DNA from: a virus
DNA length: 35,190 nucleotides
Direction: 5' to 3' (one strand)
UHGV virus genome: UHGV-1507218
How positions within the stretch are numbered: the stretch's first letter is position 1; every line of letters begins with the position of its first letter. Below the pieces are notes generated by a model, which worked only from the letters and a program-made list of their open reading frames with translations, ran no database searches and had not been told where the DNA came from. Shown piece after piece: positions 16,993 through 24,909 of the stretch. Both the position numbers and the translations under genes were made by a program.

Positions 16993-17021
16993 AATAAAAA
17001 AGCCAGCGGGTCAGGCTGGCT
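16993..17021 (-). terminator. Rho-independent terminator after the 148-aa gene
   Basis: Minus strand AGCCAGCCTGACCCGCTGGCT followed by TTTTTTATTT. Confidence 0.6.
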
Positions 17022-17050
17022 TAGTGCAGGGAGGAATTTGGGGTGCGGCG

Positions 17051-17497
17051 TTATTCAGATTTCCATTGAAGCGCGTAGCCGCCATCGCAATATGCTTTTC
17101 GCAACTTCTCGATCACTTCAGCGCTTTCCTTGTGGAAACCAGAATAAGCAAGGAAATGTTCAAAGTTTTCCTCTTCGGTATGACCGCCTGAATCATGCAG
17201 ACGCTGTTTCAGGGCATAGCCCATAAGCGGCCACAATTCATTTTCTGCGTTTTCGATAGCGATCTGTTCACCAATTACAGCATTATCGTTTTCTGAAGAA
17301 GCTGAACATGATGGCCTGCCAGTAACAGCAAAACCGTTTTTCGTGGTCAGAACGGCCCAACGGAGTACCTGACCTGTAACAGAAACGTGTTTAACGATCT
17401 CTGTGTTGACGATATTTTCTTTAAAATCGCTCAGCGTAACGCGCGGTGCGGTTAAGCCTTTGGACTGAATTTGTTGCTCGATATCTTTGTCGCTCAC
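17051..17497 (-). CDS. Hypothetical protein between scaffold and capsid genes (GTG start, early-type RBS)
   Basis: ORF preceded by CCGAGGAAAGACCA then GTG; followed by its own terminator; no T7 counterpart. Confidence 0.45.
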   Translation of the reverse strand: MSDKDIEQQIQSKGLTAPRVTLSDFKENIVNTEIVKHVSVTGQVLRWAVLTTKNGFAVTGRPSCSASSENDNAVIGEQIAIENAENELWPLMGYALKQRLHDSGGHTEEENFEHFLAYSGFHKESAEVIEKLRKAYCDGGYALQWKSE

Positions 17498-17530
17498 TGG
17501 TCTTTCCTCGGGTTATGTTGTCGTGACATG

Positions 17531-18379
17531 TCACGCTACGGTTTGATCGCCGTAACGCTTCTGGTAGTACGCTTTCACCTGTGCAGATACGCGTTCATGG
17601 TCGGCATGCTTCGGATTCATGTACGCTTCGGACTTCATCAGGTCGCGGATGGTCTGCTGCTCTGCCGGGTTGCTGTCTGCGCCCGCTGGCGCGTCTTCCT
17701 GCATTTCCGCACCAATTTTCGCCAGCATGCGGATCACCATCGGGTTATTGCCGATTTCATCGATGCGGCCGCGATCGCCTTCATCGGTCAGAGAATTGAA
17801 CGCGCGGAATGCCAGGCCGATATTCTTGTTAAATTCGGCGTCAGTCTTCCAGACTTCGCGCAGCTGCGTGGTAGCGGATTCAGCATCCAGTTCCGCCGCA
17901 CCGTTAACCAGCGATGGGGCGATTTGCGCATACTCGCTGATGATGAAACTCATCTGGTCGTTGGTGATCCCCTTGCCGTGCGCCGATTTCATAAACGACT
18001 GCATGCGCGGGTCTGCTTTGAATTCTTCCCAGTTGAAGCCTTCGGCCTTTACCTCTGGGGCGTAGTCATCAGCAGTTTTTGGCGGCGCGTCGCCGCTGCC
18101 CATGCGTTTTTCAAGTAGAGAGTAATTTTCCGCCAGTTTGCGGGCTGAGCTTTCAATACTGAGTTTTCCGTCCTCGCCCACAACGCGGAATTTTTCAGGT
18201 ATCCAGTCATTCGTGCCCTGTTCGCCCGCGCCGGTGCTGAGTAGTGAATTACCAGCAGGATTACCAGCGCCCTGACTTTCAGCACCACCGCCATTGCCAC
18301 CATCATTGCCCCCTGTGCTGCCTGCTGGCGCTTCGGCGCCCTGCTCGGCGTTCATGAATAAGTGTTTAATCTTCCACAT
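17531..18379 (-). CDS. Scaffolding protein (T7 gp9-like)
   Basis: Acidic, Gly/Ala-rich N-terminus, helical body, between portal and capsid. Confidence 0.55.
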   Translation of the reverse strand: MWKIKHLFMNAEQGAEAPAGSTGGNDGGNGGGAESQGAGNPAGNSLLSTGAGEQGTNDWIPEKFRVVGEDGKLSIESSARKLAENYSLLEKRMGSGDAPPKTADDYAPEVKAEGFNWEEFKADPRMQSFMKSAHGKGITNDQMSFIISEYAQIAPSLVNGAAELDAESATTQLREVWKTDAEFNKNIGLAFRAFNSLTDEGDRGRIDEIGNNPMVIRMLAKIGAEMQEDAPAGADSNPAEQQTIRDLMKSEAYMNPKHADHERVSAQVKAYYQKRYGDQTVA

Positions 18380-18599
18380 CGTCGTTTACTCCATCTGCAC
18401 GGTTGATTTGCATCAGAATGAAATCGAGCACGGCACGTTGTCCGGCCCGGTAACAGGTTTCGCGGTCACCCTCGGTGCCGCCGGGGACGTATGCCGCACG
18501 CCCAAAGCGGCTCGTTAATTCATCCAGCACCTGCGGCCCGCCTGGCATTTCCTCGAAAATGCGTTTGTAATCCGCCGGTGATACTTGTTTTGTAATCAT
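18366..18599 (-). CDS. Hypothetical small protein between portal and scaffold
   Basis: ORF with overlapping start and stop to its neighbours. Confidence 0.35.
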   Translation of the reverse strand: MITKQVSPADYKRIFEEMPGGPQVLDELTSRFGRAAYVPGGTEGDRETCYRAGQRAVLDFILMQINRADGVNDDVED

Positions 18600-20221
18600 T
18601 AGCCCCCCGCTACTCGTTGCCCCAGCGCTGCGCCCACCTGCTGCCCTGCTGTGGTTGCCGCTTCGCTACCCGCCTGCATCATCAGCGCCTGCCCGGCCTG
18701 TTGCTGCTGCGCCTGCTGGCGCTGCTGGCGAAGTTGCTCGACCGCATCAGATGTACGGATAATCTTCGCCGGCACGCCCAGCGCATCCGCTATCACACGG
18801 GTCGCTTCGTCGGTGTCGATGAGGTCGGTCACATCGGGTGATCCCTGCGCCAGATTCGCCACGTTAGCGCCAAGACGTTCAATGGCGGTGACGTTCTCCA
18901 GCTGCTGCGCGCGGGCAAGCGGCGAGATATAACGCACGTTGAAATTAGCGTTTTGCAGGCTTTCCGGCGCTGGCGGAAATACCCCGGCACGGAATGCCAG
19001 ACCGAAACAGCGCTCTACCAGCGGTTGCAGGTATTCAGCCTGGAATCGGCCATAAACCGGGCCAAGCAACTGGCGGATCAGCGCCACACGCACATGTACT
19101 TCGGTTGCAGTCATTGCCGGGCCGTCCTGCGGTTGCAGCTGATCGGCCATCATGATTTTGCGGATAGACGCCTGCAGGCGTTCTTCTGCGGTGAAGGCCA
19201 CATTGAAATCGGCGCCAGTGAGCAACTGTTTCATGCTGTTCACGCTGTTCGCCACGAGGATACGGCGCGGGCCAACTTTGACCGTGCGCGGGTTAAGCAC
19301 GCCGTCGTCTTCCGCAATCCACATCCCGGCGATTGCCAGATCCTGCGCGGCCTTCTCCATGCGCTTTGTTTCGTTCAGCTCTTTGCAGTCCGGCAGCGCG
19401 TCGTATACCGGGCCGATGCCGTACGGCGTGCCTGGTATTTTCATCCAGCGCGGTACGCAGCAGGGGAATTCGTGATAACCAGATTCGCGCACAATGAGCT
19501 TGCCGCTCACTTCCACGTTGTACGATGCAAAGCGCAGGTTTTTAGCCAGGCGCGCATTCACCACGTAGTTTTCACGCGGGAAAATGCAATGCAGGAAGTC
19601 GAATTTGTCATCCGGCTTTTTGGCGGCCGCATCGCGAATTTTTTTGCTGACCTTATCCGCGCCAAATTCTTTAATCGCCTGCTCTGCGGTGAGCTGGTAG
19701 CGGCGATAAATCGTGTCCACGATGCCGTCGCGGCGGGTGGATGTGACGTAGCACTGCGCCAGCGGCCACTGCTGGAACGAGAATCCGCCCTCTTCGCGGT
19801 CTTCGTCGATGTACAACGCGAACCAGCCGGCGCATACCACATCGAGATTAGCCTCGTAGCCTTCAGCGTCGAAGTTAGCGGCGTGGATGTTCTCCCATAC
19901 CAGCGTTGCGCAGGTGGACAACCACGCGGCGGCATCATCCGGCAGTGATTCGCTGTCGAGATTCAGCCACTGCGCGTTTGCCGGGGTCATGCCGGACATG
20001 AGAGCCGACGCCAGCATGCGGGCGCTGTCGGTGGCCGTGCCGTCAAGCAGCCGTGCCACCTTCGATTTTGCGCTCTGTGCGTCCAGCACCTCATCGGATA
20101 ACCCCGCGCCGCGCAGCGGATAGGTGTAGTCGTAGCATTCCCGCCAGACGCTTTCGTGCACCTGTCGGTTGGCTTTCAGCGTATCAGCACGCTTAACCAG
20201 CTTTACGGCGAGTTCATCCAT
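18599..20221 (-). CDS. Portal (head-tail connector) protein, T7 gp8-like
   Basis: 540 aa with a Gln-rich C-terminus like T7 gp8; position upstream of the scaffold. Confidence 0.65.
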   Translation of the reverse strand: MDELAVKLVKRADTLKANRQVHESVWRECYDYTYPLRGAGLSDEVLDAQSAKSKVARLLDGTATDSARMLASALMSGMTPANAQWLNLDSESLPDDAAAWLSTCATLVWENIHAANFDAEGYEANLDVVCAGWFALYIDEDREEGGFSFQQWPLAQCYVTSTRRDGIVDTIYRRYQLTAEQAIKEFGADKVSKKIRDAAAKKPDDKFDFLHCIFPRENYVVNARLAKNLRFASYNVEVSGKLIVRESGYHEFPCCVPRWMKIPGTPYGIGPVYDALPDCKELNETKRMEKAAQDLAIAGMWIAEDDGVLNPRTVKVGPRRILVANSVNSMKQLLTGADFNVAFTAEERLQASIRKIMMADQLQPQDGPAMTATEVHVRVALIRQLLGPVYGRFQAEYLQPLVERCFGLAFRAGVFPPAPESLQNANFNVRYISPLARAQQLENVTAIERLGANVANLAQGSPDVTDLIDTDEATRVIADALGVPAKIIRTSDAVEQLRQQRQQAQQQQAGQALMMQAGSEAATTAGQQVGAALGQRVAGG

Positions 20222-20224
20222 CGA

Positions 20225-20449
20225 TTATGCCCCTAAGGTGTTTTTTGCTGCCTGAGCGCCAGAGGAAAGCAGGGATGAACCTGTATCCGTTGCGCCTTCG
20301 GCACCGCTTGCCAGCAACGAGGAACCTTTCTTGCGCTTCTTGCGCGCTGCGGCGTCGGCGTTCGCGGCCTTCGCTGCTGCATCGGCTGCTGCATCTGCCT
20401 CAGCCTGCGGATCCTGCTGTACGACTTTTGGTCCACCGCCCCCACACAT
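20225..20449 (-). CDS. Small low-complexity virion-associated protein (gp6.7-like?)
   Basis: Starts MC..., Ala/Ser-rich with a KKRKK patch, immediately upstream of the portal. Confidence 0.3.
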   Translation of the reverse strand: MCGGGGPKVVQQDPQAEADAAADAAAKAANADAAARKKRKKGSSLLASGAEGATDTGSSLLSSGAQAAKNTLGA

Positions 20450-20460
20450 AACAAGTCTCC

Positions 20461-20904
20461 TTAGCCCGGCACATGCCAGCCGTGTTCGGTTAATACAGGT
20501 GCGCCACGTACCGGCTGTGGCTTGCCCTCTTCGTTCGTCACCATTGCGCCCGCGCCGCCGGTGCTTACATCAGTGGCTTTGCGTACGAGGGTAAGAAATT
20601 CGAGGTTGTCGGTAAGGCGCTGGCCATTGATGGAAATAAAATCCAGTTCATCAAAACGAGCGATGATTGTTGCACCCTGAGAATTGAGAGCGGCAAGGAT
20701 CACGTTACGTTCTGCAAGAGCGGTACCATCAAGCAGCTGCGCTACACGCTGTTGAATTTCTGGCGCTGAGGCTTTTCCCTCCACGGCAACCGGAACCGGC
20801 GCGGTTTCGGAATTCAGCAACTGCAATTCCTCCACTAGCGTATTTTCATCCGTCACGGTTTTTTCCTGTCCCGGCGTCTCGATGTTTTTTTTCGGTCGAG
20901 CCAT
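20461..20904 (-). CDS. Hypothetical protein, first part of the late operon
   Basis: ORF with an RBS; no family recognised. Confidence 0.35.
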   Translation of the reverse strand: MARPKKNIETPGQEKTVTDENTLVEELQLLNSETAPVPVAVEGKASAPEIQQRVAQLLDGTALAERNVILAALNSQGATIIARFDELDFISINGQRLTDNLEFLTLVRKATDVSTGGAGAMVTNEEGKPQPVRGAPVLTEHGWHVPG

Positions 20905-20932
20905 ATTTTTTCACTCCTGAATTAGTGAGCCG

Positions 20933-21229
20933 TCATTGTGTGTTGCCCTTCTGGTCAGTTTCCCGACCAAAAACAGGGCGGCGGAACGTCCACCACTGCC
21001 GATAAAGCACAGTGGGGAGTTTTTTACGGTCTGAGCTGGTAGCCAGACACCAGAGAGCGATCAGCGCCTCACCGTGACCGTGGCGAGGTTCTGAACCGGA
21101 TTTCCAACCGAGAACGGCAGATTTCGAAACGCCAAGTTCATCGGCGATTTGCTGAGTGGTGAGGTTTTTTCTGGTCAGGTCGGTAATGACGCGGAACCAG
21201 TCTGTTCGGAAGGTGGCAACCAGCGGCAT
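20933..21229 (-). CDS. HTH DNA-binding protein at the head of the late region (candidate late regulator or Nu1-like DNA-recognition subunit)
   Basis: LTTQQIADELGVSKSAVLGWKSG helix-turn-helix. It is preceded by a 155-nt intergenic gap holding a candidate promoter, TTGGCC-17-TGAAAT. Confidence 0.4.
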   Translation of the reverse strand: MPLVATFRTDWFRVITDLTRKNLTTQQIADELGVSKSAVLGWKSGSEPRHGHGEALIALWCLATSSDRKKLPTVLYRQWWTFRRPVFGRETDQKGNTQ

Positions 21230-21384
21230 AAATCAGCCCCCTAAACGCGCGCGTGCGCGAGCATAGAGAGGGGCAAAATCGCCACCCGCCAGAATGGAAA
21301 AAGGAGCTAGACAGAATTTCATGCTTTCCCGTCGTGTTGGCCAACCACACTTTCTAGATTTATCTGCTGCTCTTAGAGACGGAA

Positions 21385-21702
21385 TTAAATTCTGCATAAG
21401 CGTAATTCCTTTACCTCGTTAGTGACCTGTTCGAGTAATTCAGTCTCCGTTCCGTAGTTTTCTTCCCATGATTTTTGACCTGCATGGATAGCTACGCCGT
21501 GTCCGCCGGTTCTATGGTGTGGCGGGCAAAGCGGGAGTGTTTTTTTATGGTCGGCGCGCTGGGCTATGCCCTGCCCTTTGCGGATATGGTGAACTTCTGC
21601 AGGTGTAGCGCCGTAGCCAATATTTCTGCATACGACGCAACCCAGTGATGCAACGTCTTCCAGCCAGCGTTTATCGTCTTTGGTCATGGCAATGTTTCTC
21701 AC
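21385..21702 (-). CDS. YbcO-like nin-region Zn-binding protein (DUF1364)
   Basis: CVVCRNIGYG...EVHHIRKG...CPPHH resembles E. coli DLP12 YbcO. Confidence 0.45.
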   Translation of the reverse strand: MRNIAMTKDDKRWLEDVASLGCVVCRNIGYGATPAEVHHIRKGQGIAQRADHKKTLPLCPPHHRTGGHGVAIHAGQKSWEENYGTETELLEQVTNEVKELRLCRI

Positions 21703-22295
21703 GCGGCATAGCTGAATAATTGCGAAGCTGCGTTTTCTGCTGCCTGCTGTGTTGGGAAAGTGCGGAATAAAATAAAATTCCAGAGGACGTCTAATACGGA
21801 TTTATACAGCTGGGAAAATTCTACATCGTCCATTTTTGCGAACGATATGGACTTGGGTTCTTTGCGGGTAGTGCCATCAGGCATCTGGTATTCGGTATAA
21901 AAACCGGCTTCGATAGTTACCCAGGAACGGAACGCTTCAAACGATTTTACCGCGCTGATATTCCCGGCGCGTTTTTCTGCTTCATCGCGGAGATACTGAT
22001 CCGCTAGTTCCTGCAAAGTATCGGCATGCCCGGCATAGTGGGCCACCAGCTGCACATAGCCGTGTACCAATTTTTTATCGGCTGGCGATATTGCACCGCC
22101 GGACGGTTGCCAGTAATCAAAGCCCAGATTCAGTAGGGCAAAAAATTTACGGTGGAATGCCGGGTTTCTTGCCTGCTTAAAATCCGCATACAAAATACCG
22201 CCCATACGGACTTTTTTTTCTAAAAATTCGCGGGCGTCAGGCGTCGCCGGAATTAATACATTGCCTGGTGCTTTTACAAAAGAATACTGCGCCAT
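21699..22295 (-). CDS. NinB/Orf-like recombination mediator family protein (extended)
   Basis: KQARNPAFHRKFFALLNLGFDYW resembles lambda Orf RNRSLDQNRKLWACLGDV. Confidence 0.35.
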   Translation of the reverse strand: MAQYSFVKAPGNVLIPATPDAREFLEKKVRMGGILYADFKQARNPAFHRKFFALLNLGFDYWQPSGGAISPADKKLVHGYVQLVAHYAGHADTLQELADQYLRDEAEKRAGNISAVKSFEAFRSWVTIEAGFYTEYQMPDGTTRKEPKSISFAKMDDVEFSQLYKSVLDVLWNFILFRTFPTQQAAENAASQLFSYAA

Positions 22296-22363
22296 TGGGT
22301 TCCCCTTTAGCGCAGCAATTGCTCAGAAATACAGTGTGTTGGGTGTTCAAGCCAACGTGATAA

Positions 22364-22555
22364 TTATAGCACAGTCCCGTCTGGTTTTATAATGGTGTAA
22401 CCAGACAATTTAGCTAATTCAAACAACGCATTAAGTGTTGCGACATGTTCGTCGGGCTTTACGTCGCGGAGCTTTCTTGCCTTACCACTTTTGCACCTTA
22501 TCAGGACGTCGCCATCATCGGGGAGAAGGACTCCTGCATCGTTCTTATCAACCAC
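22364..22555 (-). CDS. Small SOS-controlled protein, candidate antirepressor (non-ATG start, GTG at 22555 or TTG at 22573)
   Basis: Only ORF downstream of the LexA-box promoter; it has no in-frame ATG and no family assignment. Confidence 0.4.
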   Translation of the reverse strand: MVDKNDAGVLLPDDGDVLIRCKSGKARKLRDVKPDEHVATLNALFELAKLSGYTIIKPDGTVL

Positions 22556-22579
22556 AACTCCTAAACCCCCCAATAACTA

Positions 22580-22599
22580 TACTGTATAAATTCACAGTA
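22580..22599. promoter_or_regulatory. LexA (SOS) box TACTGTATAAATTCACAGTA
   Basis: CTGT-N8-ACAG with 17/20 matches to TACTGTATATATATACAGTA. Confidence 0.75.
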
Positions 22600-22628
22600 T
22601 ATATACTCCCATCCGTTACTAATCGCAA
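22600..22628 (-). promoter_or_regulatory. Sigma70 promoter TTGCGA-17-TATATA with the LexA box over the start site
   Basis: Minus strand reads TTGCGA ttagtaacggatgggag TATATA then the SOS box. Confidence 0.65.
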
Positions 22629-22689
22629 ACTTTTAAAGGCACAAAACGTTAAATTTTCAAGTTAACTGATTGTTTATCTATCTGTATTA

Positions 22690-22714
22690 AAAAGAAAACC
22701 GCCATTTCTGGCGG
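22690..22714 (-). terminator. Rho-independent terminator after the 112-aa gene
   Basis: Minus strand CCGCCAGAAATGGCGG followed by TTTTCTTTT. Confidence 0.6.
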
Positions 22715-22741
22715 CCTCCACGGTTCTGGTATGGTTGAACG

Positions 22742-23080
22742 TCACACAGTAAGTTTCGTCTCATGCCACCCATAAGTAACCCAGCACTGCGAATCACCGG
22801 CGCAGGGGCAACTGGTGATCGGTAACGGATCGCCGCACTTTCCACATAACCGTTTACTGATGGATTTAATACGGCTGCTCACTCGCGCGTCATCCTGGCG
22901 GATCAGCAACGCAATATACTCAGCTGCATCGTAGGGATCTCGACCGGGACGACGTGCGGCACAGTTGCGCGCCAGCATTTCCCGTTCCTGAGCATCGAGA
23001 ACCAGCTCAATTTTGCGGTTGCCGGCGGCAGACTGCCGCGCGCGCTGCGCGGCTTTACGTTCTGCGGATGATTTAGCCAT
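22742..23080 (-). CDS. Hypothetical protein with a C-terminal Cys-rich zinc ribbon
   Basis: CGKCGDPLPITSCPCAGDSQC; basic N-terminus. Confidence 0.4.
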   Translation of the reverse strand: MAKSSAERKAAQRARQSAAGNRKIELVLDAQEREMLARNCAARRPGRDPYDAAEYIALLIRQDDARVSSRIKSISKRLCGKCGDPLPITSCPCAGDSQCWVTYGWHETKLTV

Positions 23081-23092
23081 TGAATCCCCCGT

Positions 23093-23710
23093 TTAGCTGG
23101 ACAGGCGTTTGATTGCATGACGGAGCATTACTTGAGCGTACAACGCTGGAGCAAGCACTTGCGGCATTTGCGCATAGCCAGACATAGAAAATGCATGTCG
23201 TATTCCCTGAGGTGCTGCCCGTAAATTATCAATACTGTTATTGCTGTAATCATTATCAAGATGAATAATGGTGTACCCTGTAGGAAGTCTGCCATGTACG
23301 CATTCATAAACGTAAACATCTAGTCGAATATCCCTTTTGTTAACCCGGATCCGCTGCGCCTGATTTGGCCTACGATTTTTAGGCTCTCGAGACCAACCTC
23401 TCTTTTTTTTCAGATCCTTCAGGTTCTGTGGTGTTTTTTGAGTACCGAATCGTTTATTAAATTTTTCAGCCAGTTCTGAAATAAGTAGATTTTTATTGGC
23501 ATACACAAAAGTCAATTGTTCATCGGTATAGCGCGGTATTTTTTCCAGGTATTTACTTAACCCAGTAGCCCTGAGGTACTGCCGGATCGCATCAATGCTT
23601 TTGTTAGTTCCAAAACAAGCGTTGAACATCTCCGTTAATTCGCGGGCGGTTACCCCCTTAACATTCTGCTCAAAGAATAGAATCTGAGTTGGAGTATATT
23701 TTTCTATCAT
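23093..23710 (-). CDS. HNH endonuclease (HNH_3 family, homing-endonuclease-like)
   Basis: HGRLPTGYTIIHLDNDYSNNSIDNL motif. Confidence 0.7.
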   Translation of the reverse strand: MIEKYTPTQILFFEQNVKGVTARELTEMFNACFGTNKSIDAIRQYLRATGLSKYLEKIPRYTDEQLTFVYANKNLLISELAEKFNKRFGTQKTPQNLKDLKKKRGWSREPKNRRPNQAQRIRVNKRDIRLDVYVYECVHGRLPTGYTIIHLDNDYSNNSIDNLRAAPQGIRHAFSMSGYAQMPQVLAPALYAQVMLRHAIKRLSS

Positions 23711-23937
23711 TTTTCAATCCCCATAATCTTAGGCACACTGCCTGCGGTACCGTCATAAATAGCCTTTTGAGCATCGAGCGCAACGCGATAGGTTCCTACC
23801 ATCACACCAACGATTTCCACCACCGCTTTTGCCCTGGATAACTCTTCCTGAAGCAAATCGCCTTTGATATTTGGATCGGTGACGGTTTCCAGCATGGCGA
23901 ACTGGTGATTCATTAAATCCTGAATTGTGTTTTTCAT
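23707..23937 (-). CDS. Hypothetical small protein
   Basis: ORF with ATGA coupling to the HNH gene. Confidence 0.35.
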   Translation of the reverse strand: MKNTIQDLMNHQFAMLETVTDPNIKGDLLQEELSRAKAVVEIVGVMVGTYRVALDAQKAIYDGTAGSVPKIMGIEK

Positions 23938-23939
23938 GA

Positions 23940-24530
23940 CTAAGCTACCTCTCCGATAAATTCTGCAATGCCCGGTAACAGCGCCACCGCAGGCGATTCA
24001 CACTGATTACCCCAAACATCAAAACCGTGTGACGACTGCCGCGCGAATAACTCAATGCGGGGAACATCGCCCAGCAGCTGCACCAGCATTTCGCGCACGC
24101 AGTCGGGTTTTCTGGAATGTTCGAGCCGCGGCGCAGTGAAAGACTGGATGATCCCGGCATCCAGCCGGGCAGGAAGATTCCCCTTCACAGCAAACAAGCA
24201 ATCTTCGCTGTTTGCGCGCGTCATATGCCCCATTCCCATAACTAGCTTATCGGTCTGCCGGCTCCCGCACTTATTCCAGGTGAATCCCTTCATCGTCATG
24301 AGACGGAAGCCCCACGCCTCGACCACCTTCAGCGCCTCGAGCGGCATCGTCGGTACCCACCACATAGCCAGCAGGCAGTTTTCGGCGGCCAGTTCCCACA
24401 CTGGCAAACGGCAGATATCCAGCAGCGTCATGGTCTGGTATTTATGCCCGGCGCCGCGTTTCCCATCATTGGCTTTATCGCGGTATGTCCACGGCGGATC
24501 CGCATAAATCAGGGTATATTTTCCGTTCAT
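23940..24530 (-). CDS. MT-A70 family DNA N6-adenine methyltransferase
   Basis: LIYADPPW motif. Start at MNGKYT, in ATGA overlap with the upstream small ORF. Confidence 0.75.
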   Translation of the reverse strand: MNGKYTLIYADPPWTYRDKANDGKRGAGHKYQTMTLLDICRLPVWELAAENCLLAMWWVPTMPLEALKVVEAWGFRLMTMKGFTWNKCGSRQTDKLVMGMGHMTRANSEDCLFAVKGNLPARLDAGIIQSFTAPRLEHSRKPDCVREMLVQLLGDVPRIELFARQSSHGFDVWGNQCESPAVALLPGIAEFIGEVA

Positions 24531-24676
24531 GCACCCATCCACTGGTTGATCAGGTAGATACCTAAAACGGCCACCCCGATTGCGACTGCAAGCGCTACAA
24601 AATTCCACGCCAGCGCGAAAAGCAGCAGTGTGCGACGGCTTGAATGTTCCAGGTCTGGTTTAAAAAATCGCTTCAT
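24527..24676 (-). CDS. Small membrane protein not in the ORF track (49 aa, MKRFFKPDLEHSSRRTLLLFALAWNFVALAVAIGVAVLGIYLINQWMGA)
   Basis: ATGA overlaps at both ends (upstream 77-aa gene stop, methylase start); one clear TM helix. Confidence 0.5.
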   Translation of the reverse strand: MKRFFKPDLEHSSRRTLLLFALAWNFVALAVAIGVAVLGIYLINQWMGA

Positions 24677-24906
24677 GTTCGTTTCTCCCGCCAAAAATTT
24701 AATCGTTCTTTGAAAAACTCCCGGTAGCTTTCCGGCGTCGCTGCAATCTGCTCTACGATGGCCTGTCGAGTGACTTTCTTCTCAAACAGCTGTCGTATGA
24801 GTGCCGAGGCGCGCATGTCGTAGTGCTCTTTGAGCTGGTACTCCTGCGGCCATTTGGCGCGATTGAGCGGTAGGCCGGGCGGCAGGTAATTTGATTGCCC
24901 GGCCAT
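24673..24906 (-). CDS. Hypothetical protein
   Basis: ORF inside a translationally coupled chain. Confidence 0.35.
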   Translation of the reverse strand: MAGQSNYLPPGLPLNRAKWPQEYQLKEHYDMRASALIRQLFEKKVTRQAIVEQIAATPESYREFFKERLNFWREKRT

Positions 24907-24909
24907 GCC

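Noticed and set aside
21138-21350. 70-aa ORF in the gap between the YbcO-like and HTH genes
   Set aside because: No RBS; Cys/Arg-rich low-complexity product. The interval more plausibly holds the late-region promoter.
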